DNA of 64,000 nucleotides from a virus (Duplodnaviria > Heunggongvirae > Uroviricota > Caudoviricetes): positions 15,730-79,729 of the IMG/VR virus record IMGVR_UViG_3300020050_007388; one strand, 5' to 3'. The notes beneath the pieces were generated by a model, which saw only the letters and a program-made list of their open reading frames with translations, had not been told where the DNA came from and searched no databases. Both the position numbers and the translations under genes were made by a program. Positions 1-13,800 of the stretch are shown in pieces. Position 1 is the first letter of the stretch, and each line of letters starts with the position of its first letter.

Positions 1-290
1 AGATGGATGAAAACATTGGTGGTTATGGTTATGGTTTATTAGGTATTAACAGTTCAACAGGTAATGGTGCAGCTAATGTAATGACAGATAGTCAAGGTAG
101 ACAGATATTGGTTCCTGCTGTAGGTCAACCCAATAAGTTTGTTTATAACTCTACTGATGCTGCAATGAAAGATCGAGTTGCTAAAGGTATTTTATCTACA
201 ACTCCTGTGGAAGTAACAGAACGTAAAGTTAATCGTAGTGGGTCATCCACTTCAAAAACTGAAATTACAAAAACTTCAAAATCTCAATAA
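1..290 (+). CDS. 3' end of an upstream gene (partial; C-terminal 95 aa visible), probably virion structural
   Basis: ORF 3..290 runs to the window edge. Its stop TAA overlaps the ATG of the next gene (TAATG at 288-292), typical of a coupled structural operon. Confidence 0.4.
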   Translation, partial: MDENIGGYGYGLLGINSSTGNGAANVMTDSQGRQILVPAVGQPNKFVYNSTDAAMKDRVAKGILSTTPVEVTERKVNRSGSSTSKTEITKTSKSQ

Positions 291-3200
291 TGGGAAAATA
301 TAGATTAGACAATCCAGCAAACACACCCTTAGATCCTTTTGCATTTGAGAAACAATTTGCTCAACCTAATCTTAACAATCCTTCACCTTTTTCTGGAGTA
401 GCAGGTTCTTTAGAAGTTGTTGCTCCAGATAGGGTGGATGATGGTTATGGTACAATGGGTAATTCTGGTTATGCCGTGCAAGTTATTAATGAAGCAAAAG
501 CTAGAAATCAAGGATCAGGTGAACTTATAGCTAAGGGTTTAGGTAATGTAGTAAAAACTATTGGTATAGAGATTGGTAAAACTCCAGGTTATCTTGGAGG
601 AGTAGTAGGTGCAATTGGAAATGAGGTTTTAGGAGATGGTAAACAATCTATGAGTATGATTGTAGATAATGGTTGGGTAAATGCTTTTGAAAGTTTAGAT
701 CAAGCTACAAAAGAAATGATGCCCATTTACATATCTCAACAAGTTCAGGAAGGTAATCTATGGGATAAAATGGGATCTGGTGCATGGTGGGCTTCCACTG
801 GTGCAGATGGAGCAGGATTTATGTTAGCTATGTTTGCACCTGGAGCTGTAGCCAAGGCTTTGAAGGTTGGTTCTGGTATTGCTAGAGTTGGTGAAGGTCT
901 AGCTAATGTAGCTCCTAAATTAGGTAAGTGGGCAACCGGTAAAGGATTGTTGGAATCAGTTGGAGACAGTTTTGCTTATACACAAAAGTTTGCTAGAAAT
1001 GCAGATGGTTATGCTTCAACGGTTCTTAATACAACTATCGAATCTTCTGCTGAAGCTGCTAATACTTTTGATAATTTAAAAAGTAAATATATAGCTGAAG
1101 GTTTATCAGAAGATCAAGCCAGTCAGAAAGCTGGTGAAGGTGCTGCTGCTGTATTCAAAGGTAATATGGCACTCTTAGCAGTATCTAATTACTTAGATGA
1201 AATGTGGATATGGAAAACAATTGGATCTGCAGGTTCTAAAGAAGCTGCTCAATCTGTGTTAAACAAAGTAATTAAAGATGGAGTAATAGATACTGAAGCA
1301 CTTAAGAATGTAGCAAAAGAATTTACAAGAGGTTCAGTCCTTAAAAAGGTTGGACAAAACATTGGTAAAAATATTTTAAAAGAAGGTTTCTATGAGGAAG
1401 GTTCACAAACTACTTTACAACAAAATATTGAAGAAGAAGGATCTAAAGGTTTCTTAGGTAACTTGGTTAATATTGGGGCATCTTATTTTGATGACTTTGC
1501 TAATAATACTGAGTTACACGAATCCATATTTCTTGGTGGACTTTTAGGAGGTAGTGCTTCTATAATTGGAACTGTTCAAGAAAACAACGCACTTAAAGCT
1601 GCACTAACTGGATCTAAAGGTAGAACTGCTGATAACTTCTGGACCAAATATGGTATCTTACCACAAACTAGTCCACAGAAAGGTTTAATTAATTTGGTTA
1701 ATGAAAATCACATTAAGCAATTTAGATCTTATAAAGACTTTCTGGAACCTGATGGTAATGGCTCATTTGTTTTGAACGAACAGAAATTAGCTGATGCTCA
1801 ATTAGAGCAAGTAGATAATCTACGAACTAACATTCTTTATGATATTTCTGTTGCAGAAGGTGATAAGTTGGGTCAAGAAATATATGGTCAATACTTAGCA
1901 GCCAATTATGCTCAGTCATTTTTAGGTCAAGAAGGTGGACAAGAGATATTTAATCAACATGTTCAAGATCAAGTTTTACCAGCTTGGAGAAAAAGGTTTG
2001 AAGATTCATTTGGTAGACCTGCAACTTCTAAAGAGGAATCAGATTACACAGCTAGTTTTAAACAATCTGGAGAAAGAGTTTTTAAAGCACATAACACAGC
2101 TTCAGAAACTAATTATCCCGAAAGATATTACAAAGAGAATAATCCTGATTATGCAGATTTCAGAAATGAATACTTCCATAATAAGTTCGAGACGTTAGTT
2201 ACCCTGGATGCTTTAAAAGAAAGAAGATCTCAAGTCAATAAAGATTTGATGGATGCAGGAGTTACCATTATAGATCTTGAAGATTTAAACACCATTAAGG
2301 ATCCAGTTAAGAAACAGTTAGCTCAACAAATTAAAAACGAGTTAGATCAAATTGATAAATACGAAGAATTATTAAATATACAGTATCCTAAATTCTTTTC
2401 CAAAGCTGGAGTTAAGGAAATGTATGAAAAGTTTAAAGCTCGTAAGAATAGATTTGAAGAACTATCGAAAGAAGCTGCACAAGAAAATCAAGAACTCAAG
2501 CAGGAAGTTGACTTTTTACCTGCAGCTAACCAAGCTGAAATTGATAGATTGATTAATGAGTCTAACTCTAATAATACCTCAATTCCACTTAAAGGGTCTA
2601 ATGGTAAAAACTATTCCTTAGTTAAGGATGAAACTACTGGTGAGAATAAGGTGTTTGATGAAAATGGTGAAGAAGTTACAACTAAACTATCTGATCTCAA
2701 ATTATCTGTCAATGATGTTTCTAAAGAGGACTTTGATTCATTCAAAGAAACTTCAGAAGCATCTGATGAAGTTCTTCAGAGAATTGCTGAAAAGTTAATT
2801 AATGGTGAACCTCTTTCAGATAATGAAAAGTTAATTGCTCAAACTGAAAAAGCTAAACTTCAAGATTTATTTAATAAAGAGAAAGCTAAAATTGCAGAAA
2901 GATTAGCTAAACAAGAAGCTGTTTCTACTTCAGTTGAAGATGATTCAATAGATGCTGATGAATCAATATCTCAAGTATCTGAAAAGAAAGGTGTTAATTT
3001 ATATCCATCTACTGGTAGGAATTTACAACAAGATTTGACAGAAATTAAACCTGGAGTATTTGTAGAAAAGATGACAGATAAACCTAGTCAAAAGTTATGG
3101 TTTGAAACTCTAGATCAAATTAAGAACCCTCAAGATTATACTGTTCAAGTTGTAAGAAAGGACGATAGATCCAATATGGATTTGTTTAACCAAATTGATA

Positions 3201-4852
3201 GAGATAGTAATGAGAATTCTAAGGTAGATGATCTATATGTTGTTCTTTATAAAAATGGTAAACCTGTAACTAAAGATGGTAACTATATTTTTACTGGACT
3301 TTGGAGACCTAATACACTTTACCCAGTTAAAGATGGTAAACCAAGAGATTTCATGTTGGCTGAAAAATCTATTTTAGATAACTTCTTATTTGATGTTAGA
3401 TTACCAAAACTTAAGTTAGGTAAGTTAACTAAAAATGATAAAGAAGTACTCACACAAAATGGGGTTACAGATTTCTCGGAACAAGGTATAATGACAGCAG
3501 CATTCTTTCATGCTAAAAAAGAATATCAAGAATGGTATCAATCTCTACAAGAGAATCCTGGTCAACTACAAGTTGCTGGTATTACTAAAGGTCATGCTGT
3601 TAAAGGTTACACTTCTAAAGATAAGTCTTCTAAATATTGGGGATCTCCATTTAATATCCCAGGTTTAAAACTAAGACCTAATCCAAAGTTAAACTCTGCG
3701 GATTTAGTTGGTGGTAAATTTGAAATGTCAATTGATGGAACTATTAAGGTTGGAGATGAAACTTACACTATCTCACAAGGTGATGTGGTTATTGTAGATG
3801 ACCAAAATAATGTTCATCCAATGAAAGCTAGGAATATAAATGAGGATGAAGTTAAGACTATCTTGTATCTATTAAGTTTAAGAACTGGAAACCAACCTAC
3901 TGAAACTTTTAAAATTAAACCTCCTAATGGAATCAGGTTTGGAAATACTGTTGTAAAGGACGTTCCCATATTCTTTAATGAATCTACTAAACGTAGACAA
4001 ACTAGAGCTAATTTAATTGAAACATTAATTTCATTTGGATCAAAGAATGGTGGTAAAGGTGAGATTTACTTTAATCAACAATCTGTGAATGATGGTAAGC
4101 CTGAATTAGTATGGACAGATTTTGAAGGCAATACTAAAAACATATCTGTTTCTCTCATTGAGAATGCTGTACAGAATAATGACTTCAGTCAGATTGATGA
4201 TTTAGTTTTATTTTTGCAGCAGAAAAAGTTTAATGTAAATGAACATCTATTGAGCAATCCTACATTTGTAAAACCTCAGTTAGTTTATAAAAGAGATCAG
4301 AATGGGAAACAGGTTCCTGAACTAGAATGGAATGAAGATCAATCTTATTATGAAGTTTTACTTGGTGATGTTCTAACTACTACTACACTTGATCTTCCAG
4401 GTTACCCATCTAGGGTTCAAAGAAATATGTGGTTTAATAAAGAGCCTTTATCTCAAGATGTTAAAATAGATGAAGTTTCAAATACTACAGGCTTAGAAAA
4501 CTTAGGTTCTGTTAATAGTGAAAAGGCTATTATGAAAGCAGATGTCGAGAGTAAAGGTGAGTTTAAAATAAATCTTACAGGTGCTTCAAAAGAGCAGTCC
4601 GATAAAGCCTGGAAAGATGCTAATGAACTAGTAAGCGAAGAAGATTATGAACTAGTTCTTATTGGATCTACTAACATTCTCACATTATCTAAAAAGCTTA
4701 AAATCTCTGCAAAAGAAAAACTTGCTGAAAAAATTAGAAATAGAAAAAATTCTTTAGACAGTTTTAAAGAAGATATGGATAAAATTCTTACAACTTCAGA
4801 TCTATTAAAGATGAAGATTCAAAATGGAGAAATCATTCAGAAATGCAAATAA
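290..4852 (+). CDS. giant virion-associated protein (1520 aa), unknown function; Gly-rich N-terminus and long charged coiled-coil-like central part
   Basis: Uninterrupted 4.5-kb ORF in an AT-rich genome. Start overlaps the previous stop (TAATG). First of three contiguous giant ORFs. No catalytic motif recognised. Confidence 0.7.
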   Translation: MGKYRLDNPANTPLDPFAFEKQFAQPNLNNPSPFSGVAGSLEVVAPDRVDDGYGTMGNSGYAVQVINEAKARNQGSGELIAKGLGNVVKTIGIEIGKTPGYLGGVVGAIGNEVLGDGKQSMSMIVDNGWVNAFESLDQATKEMMPIYISQQVQEGNLWDKMGSGAWWASTGADGAGFMLAMFAPGAVAKALKVGSGIARVGEGLANVAPKLGKWATGKGLLESVGDSFAYTQKFARNADGYASTVLNTTIESSAEAANTFDNLKSKYIAEGLSEDQASQKAGEGAAAVFKGNMALLAVSNYLDEMWIWKTIGSAGSKEAAQSVLNKVIKDGVIDTEALKNVAKEFTRGSVLKKVGQNIGKNILKEGFYEEGSQTTLQQNIEEEGSKGFLGNLVNIGASYFDDFANNTELHESIFLGGLLGGSASIIGTVQENNALKAALTGSKGRTADNFWTKYGILPQTSPQKGLINLVNENHIKQFRSYKDFLEPDGNGSFVLNEQKLADAQLEQVDNLRTNILYDISVAEGDKLGQEIYGQYLAANYAQSFLGQEGGQEIFNQHVQDQVLPAWRKRFEDSFGRPATSKEESDYTASFKQSGERVFKAHNTASETNYPERYYKENNPDYADFRNEYFHNKFETLVTLDALKERRSQVNKDLMDAGVTIIDLEDLNTIKDPVKKQLAQQIKNELDQIDKYEELLNIQYPKFFSKAGVKEMYEKFKARKNRFEELSKEAAQENQELKQEVDFLPAANQAEIDRLINESNSNNTSIPLKGSNGKNYSLVKDETTGENKVFDENGEEVTTKLSDLKLSVNDVSKEDFDSFKETSEASDEVLQRIAEKLINGEPLSDNEKLIAQTEKAKLQDLFNKEKAKIAERLAKQEAVSTSVEDDSIDADESISQVSEKKGVNLYPSTGRNLQQDLTEIKPGVFVEKMTDKPSQKLWFETLDQIKNPQDYTVQVVRKDDRSNMDLFNQIDRDSNENSKVDDLYVVLYKNGKPVTKDGNYIFTGLWRPNTLYPVKDGKPRDFMLAEKSILDNFLFDVRLPKLKLGKLTKNDKEVLTQNGVTDFSEQGIMTAAFFHAKKEYQEWYQSLQENPGQLQVAGITKGHAVKGYTSKDKSSKYWGSPFNIPGLKLRPNPKLNSADLVGGKFEMSIDGTIKVGDETYTISQGDVVIVDDQNNVHPMKARNINEDEVKTILYLLSLRTGNQPTETFKIKPPNGIRFGNTVVKDVPIFFNESTKRRQTRANLIETLISFGSKNGGKGEIYFNQQSVNDGKPELVWTDFEGNTKNISVSLIENAVQNNDFSQIDDLVLFLQQKKFNVNEHLLSNPTFVKPQLVYKRDQNGKQVPELEWNEDQSYYEVLLGDVLTTTTLDLPGYPSRVQRNMWFNKEPLSQDVKIDEVSNTTGLENLGSVNSEKAIMKADVESKGEFKINLTGASKEQSDKAWKDANELVSEEDYELVLIGSTNILTLSKKLKISAKEKLAEKIRNRKNSLDSFKEDMDKILTTSDLLKMKIQNGEIIQKCK

Positions 4853-4858
4853 TAAAAT

Positions 4859-7800
4859 ATGGCAGATTGTACTTTTGTATATAAAGGGAAATCATACTCT
4901 AAAGATCGGATTACTCGACTTTTAGTAGATGAACTTCCAGTAAGAAGTCAACAAGAAGGAATCAACTTCTTGAAAGAATTTTTAGGAATGACTGATGATG
5001 AAATCATAATCATTAAAGGTTTAATTGATGGAAAATCAATTGGTAGGTTTAAATCTGATGGTAAAATATTACTGTCAGATTTAGCCGAAACTGGAGTTGC
5101 TTATCATGAAGCATTCCATAGAGTCTGGAGAATGTTTTTAACTAATGAAGAAAGACTTCAAGCAATTAAAGAAGTAAAAGCTAGAAAGAATATTCAATTA
5201 ACCATTGATGGCTACAGAGAAGTTTATCCAAAGCTAAGTGAAAATGAATTGATTGAAGAAATTTTAGCTGATGAATTTTCAGACTTTAAGATGAATGAAG
5301 ATTATAAGACCGAACTTCCAATTAAAACCTTTTTCCAAAGATTGTGGAATTTCTTGAAAAAATTAGTTGGTCTTAAGACTTCTGATGTTCAATTGATTTA
5401 TGATAAGATTTTAAGTAAAACTTATAAGACTGCTCCTCAATCTGTACAACAGTATTTAAAAGATGCAGATAAAGTTTTAATTCAAGGTCATGAGTTTTCT
5501 GTTGAAGAAAAGAATGAGTTAATTCAAGTAATGACTCAACAGTTTGTTAAAGCAATGTTGGATCTTAACGGTAACATAGATGTATTCTTAAATTCACCAA
5601 CTGTTAAAATGAAACAATTGGTTGAGGACTATGTTATAACAAATATGTTATCTGACATGATGGATGCTGGAGTAAATGAAGATTTAGTTTCTGCAGTATT
5701 TCAAGATGTTGAAGCTTGGGTTGAGTCAAATAAATTTGAAGATTCCATATTTGTAAACGGAATGGTTCAGAACTTAAAGTTGATAGGATTAGTCATTAAA
5801 GATGATTCAGAAGATTTATCTGAAGGAGCTTTAGAAGGTGAAGAAAAACAAGCTAGAGAATATGGAGCTTCCATTGAGATTGACCCTAAATCTAAAATGG
5901 GTAAGAAGATTAAACTCTTATTGTCCAGTTTTTCAGATCCTAATGAAAAGACTACAAACTTTGGATTCCCAAAACCTGTAGGTTGGACCAAAGCTTTTGT
6001 TCAAATAGCCACTAAGATGGCAGGAATACCCACGTCTGTTTTTAGAGAAGAATTAAAAGCTCTAAATGTTCCATATATTCAAGACTTAATTGAAATCTTG
6101 GAAAAAGATGTAGTCTTTGGAAATGAATTTATCTCAACAATGGCCATGACTGAAAATAAATTCATGAAGATGAATTATAAGAATGGTGATATTTATTTCT
6201 TTGATGCTAACTCAGGAACTCGTAGAGACAAATTGGTTGGAGAATGGAAAAACAACTTAATCCGTAAAGTAGAGAATTGGGATGAATGGAAAGCAGAAGC
6301 TGCTGAATTAGAAAGAAAGAAGGGATCTGTTTCTGATGAAGAAATTATGGATCACTTTGGTTTAGTCCTTAATTTCCAAATTCCAGATCTACGTTCAGAC
6401 TTGAACTTCATTTTAAGTTTAGTAGATAAATATAAAGGAGATAAACCAGATCCTTCCAGGTTGTTTGAGCAATTAGGTATCAAAGGTTATGTCAATACTT
6501 TAGCAGAAAAACAATCTGCTTATGAAGATCATGTTGACTTGATGGTAATGTTGGGTTCTAAAAAGTTATATACGCTTGGATTAAATACTCAACAAACTCA
6601 AGTTGTAAATGGAGTTAAGTATGCTCAATCTAAGTTTACTCCAGATATGACTACAAGTCAAAAGATAGAGTTACTTAAAGAATTTGCACCATTTCAGGTC
6701 TCAGAGTTTAATATAACGAAATTAGAATCTGGAGAATACTTGATTCATAATAAATGGTTGGAAAAGATTCTAGAAGGTGAAAAACTGGAGTTGGTAATTC
6801 CTTATCAAGTAGATACTCAATCTGGAGAAGATTCTGAAATTGCTAAATTGGAAGAATCTGACTTAATGGCTTTACACTTAAATGGAGCTTTACAAGGAGT
6901 AAACATTAGCATGAAACATGCTGATCGTGGAACTTTCTTTGCTTATACATTTGGTAATAATAAACCTCTTTATACTAAGCAGGGTAATGTTGCAGATACT
7001 CTTAAGATCTTAGAAAGAAATATTATCGAACAGATTGAATTGGAAGCTAAGTTTTATAACAATATGTTGGAACGAAATATTCCAGTTCAATATATTGGTG
7101 AGCAAGACATTGATAATAAAAATGTTGATAAGCAAAAGTTTGGAGCATTTTCTAAAGATATTATTGGTGTAGATGATTTTAAAACATTATTAGCTACTGG
7201 TGAAGTTCCTAACAAATCTAAGATAACAGAGTTTGTAAGTAAAGCTTTTGAAGATTACAAAAAAAGTGTTGAAGCTTATGGATTGTTAGGAGAGTTCTCA
7301 GAACCCGTTTATAAAGATGGTAAAAGAACTGGAGAAATCAAGAAACTAAAAGGTGTTAATAATAACTTAAGGTTTCAATATGCCAATCTTGATTTGCTTT
7401 TAGCTTCAGCATTTACCAATGAAGTCTCTAGTCATATTTTTGAAGTAAGATTCTTTTCTGGAGACGTAAGGTCTTTTAAGTCTGGTACTGACTTATTCAA
7501 ACGTTTAGCTCCACAAAGTTCTACTGGTAATTTAACAGTTACAGATAATGTAGCTAATGAGGATGTTAGAGTAAAGTTAGATCAAGATTTTGAAATACTT
7601 AATCCAGTTACTGGAGAAACTGTAATAGTTAACCCAAGTAAAAATATTGGTGAAGGAAAAGATAAATACTTTAGGGCTGTAACTGGAGCTGAAAGATCTA
7701 ATTATAAAAGTCACTTACTAGAACCTGCATTAAGTTCTACTGGTAAACCTTTAGTATCTAAACTAACTGGAAATAATGAGTCTAAGTTATTCATGATGTT

Positions 7801-10800
7801 TGAGGATGGTTTTATTAAAGACTTTCCAAATACTTCGTTAGATGAACTTAAGAAAACATATCTTCCAAAGTTTAAATTATATGAAGAAAAGTATGCTGAT
7901 GTAAATGAAAATGATGGTATCAGCTATATGGTTTTACCAGCATTTAAAAACTTTATGTTAAAGCAGGGCAAGTGGACTGAGGGAATGGAAACTGTTTATC
8001 AAACAGAAATGAAAATTGCTCAGTTAACTAACATCAACGACATTGCCAATATAGAAATTACGGTTAAAGGAGTTACCTTTAAACCATTTGAGATTAAATC
8101 TGAAGAAGTAAATGGTAAGAAAGTAGATGGTTGGAAAAAAAGAGTTGTAAATGGTAAGCTAATTTCTTTAGAAGCTGTTCACACACTTAAAACACAATTT
8201 GCAGGTTACTCAACACCAGAGGAATATTTTGACGAAGCTAAGTCAGAATTAGAATATTGGTTTAATACTATCTTTAAAACTTCTCAACATTTACTTTTAC
8301 CCTCTGCTATTTTAGGTACTAACTTACAACTGATGAACTTTAGTTTGCTCAGTAATGGTATAGATATATATCATATGGGTTCAGCTAATAAAGTTGGTGG
8401 GGTTGATGCTAAATTGGCAGCCAAAAATATAACTTCAAACAATGATGATATTCGGAATACTCGTAAGTTTCTTCCTGATATTCAGGAACGAGGATTAGAC
8501 TTCTATAATAAAGAAGGATTCTTCAATCATGAAGCTCTAACAGAAAACTTAGATATATTATCTTACCTATCTGCTTGGGATAATCAGAAGAACCAGGTGC
8601 AAATTGGTAACAAAGTTAAAGATGAAATTAAAGGCTCTACTCAGAGTTTAAAGATTTTACTTTCTAACTTGGTTGTCAATTCTACAGAAAGATTTGTAGG
8701 TGCCAAGCAATTGATAGATGATTACAAAGAAGTAGTTAGTTTAATGGTCCAAGGTAATCATACTAACTTACTAAATAAGATTGGATTTAATTATGATAGT
8801 AATGAATTTGAAAGTTTAGATAAACTTAAGAAAGCTGTTCTAGAATCCAGTCAAATGCAATCTGCACCAGAGAATACTCGTAATGCAGTAGAGAATTTCT
8901 TTAATGATCCTAGTTTAGGTATAGAAGCTGTACCTATGAAGAATAAGATTGAAAATGTTCTTTATGCTCTTATTACAAATGGTATTATCAGTTTTGATAG
9001 ACCTGGATCAAGTTATCCACAAGCTGCTGTTACTGGTTATGAGAAATTAGGATCTAGAACATTTAATGAAGATGGAACTCAAAGAACTAATCAAGATACT
9101 TTGAAGTTTTACAATCCTATTTTTGATGAGGATGGAAATGTAACTGAGATGGAAGCTGCAGAAGTTATAATGCCACTCCCTGATTATTGGATTAAACCAT
9201 TATTAAGATGGGCTAAAACAAATAACTTGGTTAAGGCTTTGGAAAAACTAAATTCAGATATTCCAAATAGACCTGAATTATTTCAATTCAAAGGTCTACG
9301 CATTCCTAACCAGCAGTTGAGTTCTAATGACTTCTTTCAAGTAAAAAGATTTACTTTACCAACGATGCAGAATTATATTATAATTCCGTCAGAGATGGTT
9401 ACAAAAACTGGTGGAGATTTTGACATTGATTCCATCAAATTATATTGGGCTTCAGATACAGAATCTAAGATTTTCAGTAAAATAACTGAAGAAGAAGTTC
9501 AGGATAAATATGAGAATTATCTGGAAACCAGTGAAGATGAAAATCCTTTAACGTATGAAGAATTTAAAGCTTTTTACAATTCTACTTTAGACAGAGTTTT
9601 ATTGGAACAAGAAAAGAACTTACTTTTACATCCTAGAAATGCTCATCACTTACTAATGCCTTTAACTGATGAAATCTTTGTAAAAGATATTTACAATGAA
9701 TTGGTATCAGAAGGTTTAATTGAAGAACCTGCAAAGTCATTCTTTGGTGCTATGTTACCAACAACTAATGTAAAGAATGCAGTAATCTTTGTTAAAGGTA
9801 AATATGGTGTAGGTCCAGTAGCTTTAGGTATTACTAACTCAGCAACCAACCAAGCTGACACATTGTCAATATCTCAGAACTATGTAAATCAAGATAATGT
9901 AGCTAGGCCAACTAAACTTTTATTTGAAGGATTAGAAGAAACTTATACTCTAGATAATTATACTGACAATAAAGGAACTGTTATATCTGAAATCTTATCT
10001 CAGCTCTTAACTACTCAAGTGGATAATGTAAAGAATCCAACTGCAGTTCTTATGAACATTAATATGCAGACTTTGGGAGTTATGCTGTATTTGATTAGAA
10101 GAAAGGTTAATCCTAAATCTGTAGTTCTCCTTTTACAACAACCTTTAATTAAACAGTACTTAATTGCTCAAAGGCAGAATGAATCTCTATTCAACAAGAA
10201 TGCTGATTCAGTAAGTAATGCTAAAGGAAACCGTAAAGCAGAATTAAGTAAGAAGGATTTAATAGCTAAACTTTTGAGTGAGAATGGATATTCTGAAACA
10301 GAGTTAGTTGATCCATATTTAGTAATAGGATCTACTTCTGTAGAAACAGAAGGTCTTCAAGTATTTCGAGATGAATCGGGAAACCTTATTTATGATGAAT
10401 CCAACATCAATGTGGTTCTTACTGATAAACTCTGGAGTATGTCTGACAGAAATATGATGAGTGAGGCTAAAGCTAAATCACCTAATAAGCAACAACAGCT
10501 TCTTTATTTATCTTACTTTGTAGATGAACTTCAACCTCAAGCTAGAGCATTTTCTGATTTTCAACAAACTCAGAACTCAGATACTAAAGGGTTGAAGGAT
10601 AAACAAATGTTGGATGAATCAGATGTTATTTATGGAAGAACACGATTGTCTGGAATTATTGCAAGTTGGGATGTATCTAGATTAAATAATACTGGAGTTA
10701 TTTCTCCATTCTATCAATTTGGTAGAAAGTCTTATAGAATCTACGATAGGTTTTATTCTCTGTTAAGCTCTCCATTTGCTGGAGTTCTTACAGATTTTAA

Positions 10801-13800
10801 AAACAAAGCTGCTGCAATTGCTCCATCTGCTTCTAAAGATAGAGTAAGGCAAACTATTGAGAATGACTTTATATTATTCTTAGTTCACAATTACATCTTA
10901 ACTAAGGATGAGTTTAATAGGTTAATGAAAGGAGATGAAACTACTAAATCTGTAGCTCTCAGGGTTAAAGATTTAAAATTAGTTTTACCTTCCAATTTAG
11001 TACTTAAAGCATTCTTTCCAATGTTAAGTAACTCTATAGATCAGCTAGATAATAAAAGAGTTGATAACTTACGTTTATTTGAAAAGGAATTAAATTCTTT
11101 GGACAACAATGACTTGAGATTATCTTTGGAAGAAATTGCTGAAACTGATTTAGATCTTTACACAGATATTGTAAAACTGTTGATGTTCCAAACTGGATTA
11201 AACATTAGTCCGTTTAACTATAGATCTGTGATACCAGTTGGTTTAGATCAAAATAGAACTGAGTATAATGAGTATCAATACTTGTATGCAGATATTCTTA
11301 AGAATGCAGTTAAAACAATGGAATCTAAAGTTAGAAATCAAAAAGAAGCTGAATTAATCTTCAAAGATTTTCAAACTTTATTTGCTGCTAATAATCCACA
11401 ATTCTTAAGAAAGAATTTCTATCATCCACTTTACCCATATCCTTTAGCTAGATCTTGGGATAGAAAGACTCAGATGTTTACTTTACACCCAAATGATGGT
11501 AAAGGTTTACCAAATACAAATATTACTCAACCTACATTAGGTAATGCTTATATGAAGCAATATTTCCTATCTGGAAAGATTACCAATTCTAAGAATCCTA
11601 ATGTAGAAAAGGAAGCTTTAAATAAGACTTTTGAGCAGACTGTGTTTAATGAGGAAACTGAAGTTACTACAAATTCTCCACAAGCTGAAGTTCTAAGTAA
11701 ATATGAACTATTTCCTGGAGTATTTGCTAACCAAGGTCAAACAGAAGCTTTAGATAAATTAGTTACTTTCCTAAGCTCTAATGAGCAAGAGTTTACTTTA
11801 ATAGGTAGAGGTGGTACTGGTAAGACAACTATTATTAAAAAGATTCTAGAAACTCAAAAGGGTAAATCTATTCTGGGTATTACAGTAGCTCACAAAGCCA
11901 AAAAGATTTTAGGTAGATCAATTGGTAAAGATAAAGTGAAAACTGTAGCCTCAGCTCTAGCTATTAAGTTAGATGAATCAACAGGTGATTTTGTTCCAGA
12001 CCAATTTGCTAGAGAAAAAGGTAGGGTTCCAATTAAGTATGCGGATATTATTATTGTAGATGAAGCTTCTATGATTTCTCCAAAAATTTATGCTGAGATA
12101 ATGTCTTTAAAAGCTAGAGGTGCTAAGGTTATATTTATGGGAGACAATGCTCAATTGCCACCAGTTGGTGAAGATGTGGATAGTCCTGTATTTGGAATTA
12201 AAAACCAATACACGTTGGTTGAAAAAATGAGACAAGCTAAAACAAGTCCTATTATTAATGTAGGATCTATTGTGGCTGACAACATTGAATCTAAAGAGGT
12301 TAAATTAGTTGCTATTCCAGATTCAGAAAGAAAGAATAAATTTGACAACATTAGTCGAAGTCAAATTATATTTACTTCTAATGAAGATGAAGCTTTAGAG
12401 TCCTTGGTGTCAGATTTCTTAGGCTCTGGAGGAATAAACCCGGATACCGTTAAAGCAGTAACTTTCAATAATGAGAAACATAATGCTCCACAAAGTGTTA
12501 AAAATCTTAACGATAAAATTAGGATTAAGCTTTGGGGAGATCAAGTTAAAAATCAATTTAATGAAGGGGAACTATTAACTGCATATGATAGTTATTCTAG
12601 AGATATTGGGGCAAGTGAAGATGAAGTACCAGTACATAACTCGGATGACTTTATTGTAACTGCAATAGAAACAAGAAAATCTGAAAAGATTAAAGTTTTT
12701 GCAGTTAGTCAAAAAATGGGCCGAAGAGAATTTACTACTACTTATGATGTAATTTATCTTAATCTATTAGACAGTGAAGGTAAAGAGGTTCCTGGTGGAA
12801 TTCCTGTTATAGCTAATTCTAGCAAGGAAAAGTATAACGAAGATATGGCCCAACTATGGCAATCAGATAAACAATTAGCATTTGTACTTAAAAATCAATT
12901 TGCTAATTTGCAGTATGGTTATGCTATTACAAGTCATAAAGCTCAAGGTTCTACATACACTAACACATATGTCTTTGAAGATAATATCTTAGGTAGAACA
13001 AATGCTGGAGATGCTATTACAAAGAATAAGAGTTTATATGTTGCTGTATCTAGACCTACTGATAAGTTAGTTATGATCTCTGAAAGGAACGAAGGATCAA
13101 CAGATCCAGTTACTCAACCTAAAGTTGAAAAAACTATTGATTCTGTTGTTAAAAACTTTGTTAAGCAAGATATATTAAAGGTATCTCCTATACAAGCTGC
13201 TGATAAAAAAGCGGTTGTCAAAGCAAGTATTTCTAATAAATTTATTGGTTTCGCAGAAGGTATTCCTGGAAGTTCGACAGAAGAATATAGAAAGCAAACT
13301 GGAACACTTGCTAATACTGGAGATTATAATTCTAAGGATATTATATTTGTATCAGTACCAGGAAATAGAGGTTCTGAAACTACTAGAAAAGTTCAACAAG
13401 ATAGAACTATTAAAGAGGCTATTAAAGCATTGGAATCTGGAGCAACAATCATTGTTGATAATAAAGCTTATATAGATAGTAGTTCTTATAATTCTGGAGA
13501 GAAAAGATTAGCTCAGAATTTAGAAGCTAAAGGGTTCATATATTCAGAAATCACTGTTGATAATCAACTATTAGGTGTATGGAATAAACAAGCTGTGGAA
13601 GACTGGAGTGATTTTCAATCAATCTTTGAATTGGATAAATCTCAATCTAACTATTCTCCATCTCTTAAAATGTATGAAGGATTTATTAACTTAAATCAAT
13701 TATATATAGGAGATGAAATTCTACCATTTATTGGTGAATCAGAATATTATAGGTACTTAGTCCCAATGTTGTTAAATATGAATCCTAAGGCTCAAACAAT

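Noticed and set aside
1935-2198. Small ORFs inside or antisense to the giant plus-strand genes (1935..2198, 5767..5991, 12151..12351, 13215..13475, 14164..14370, 16974..17411)
   Set aside because: They are fully embedded in long uninterrupted ORFs with strong coding character, have low-complexity or hydrophobic translations typical of AT-rich shadow frames, and show no motifs.
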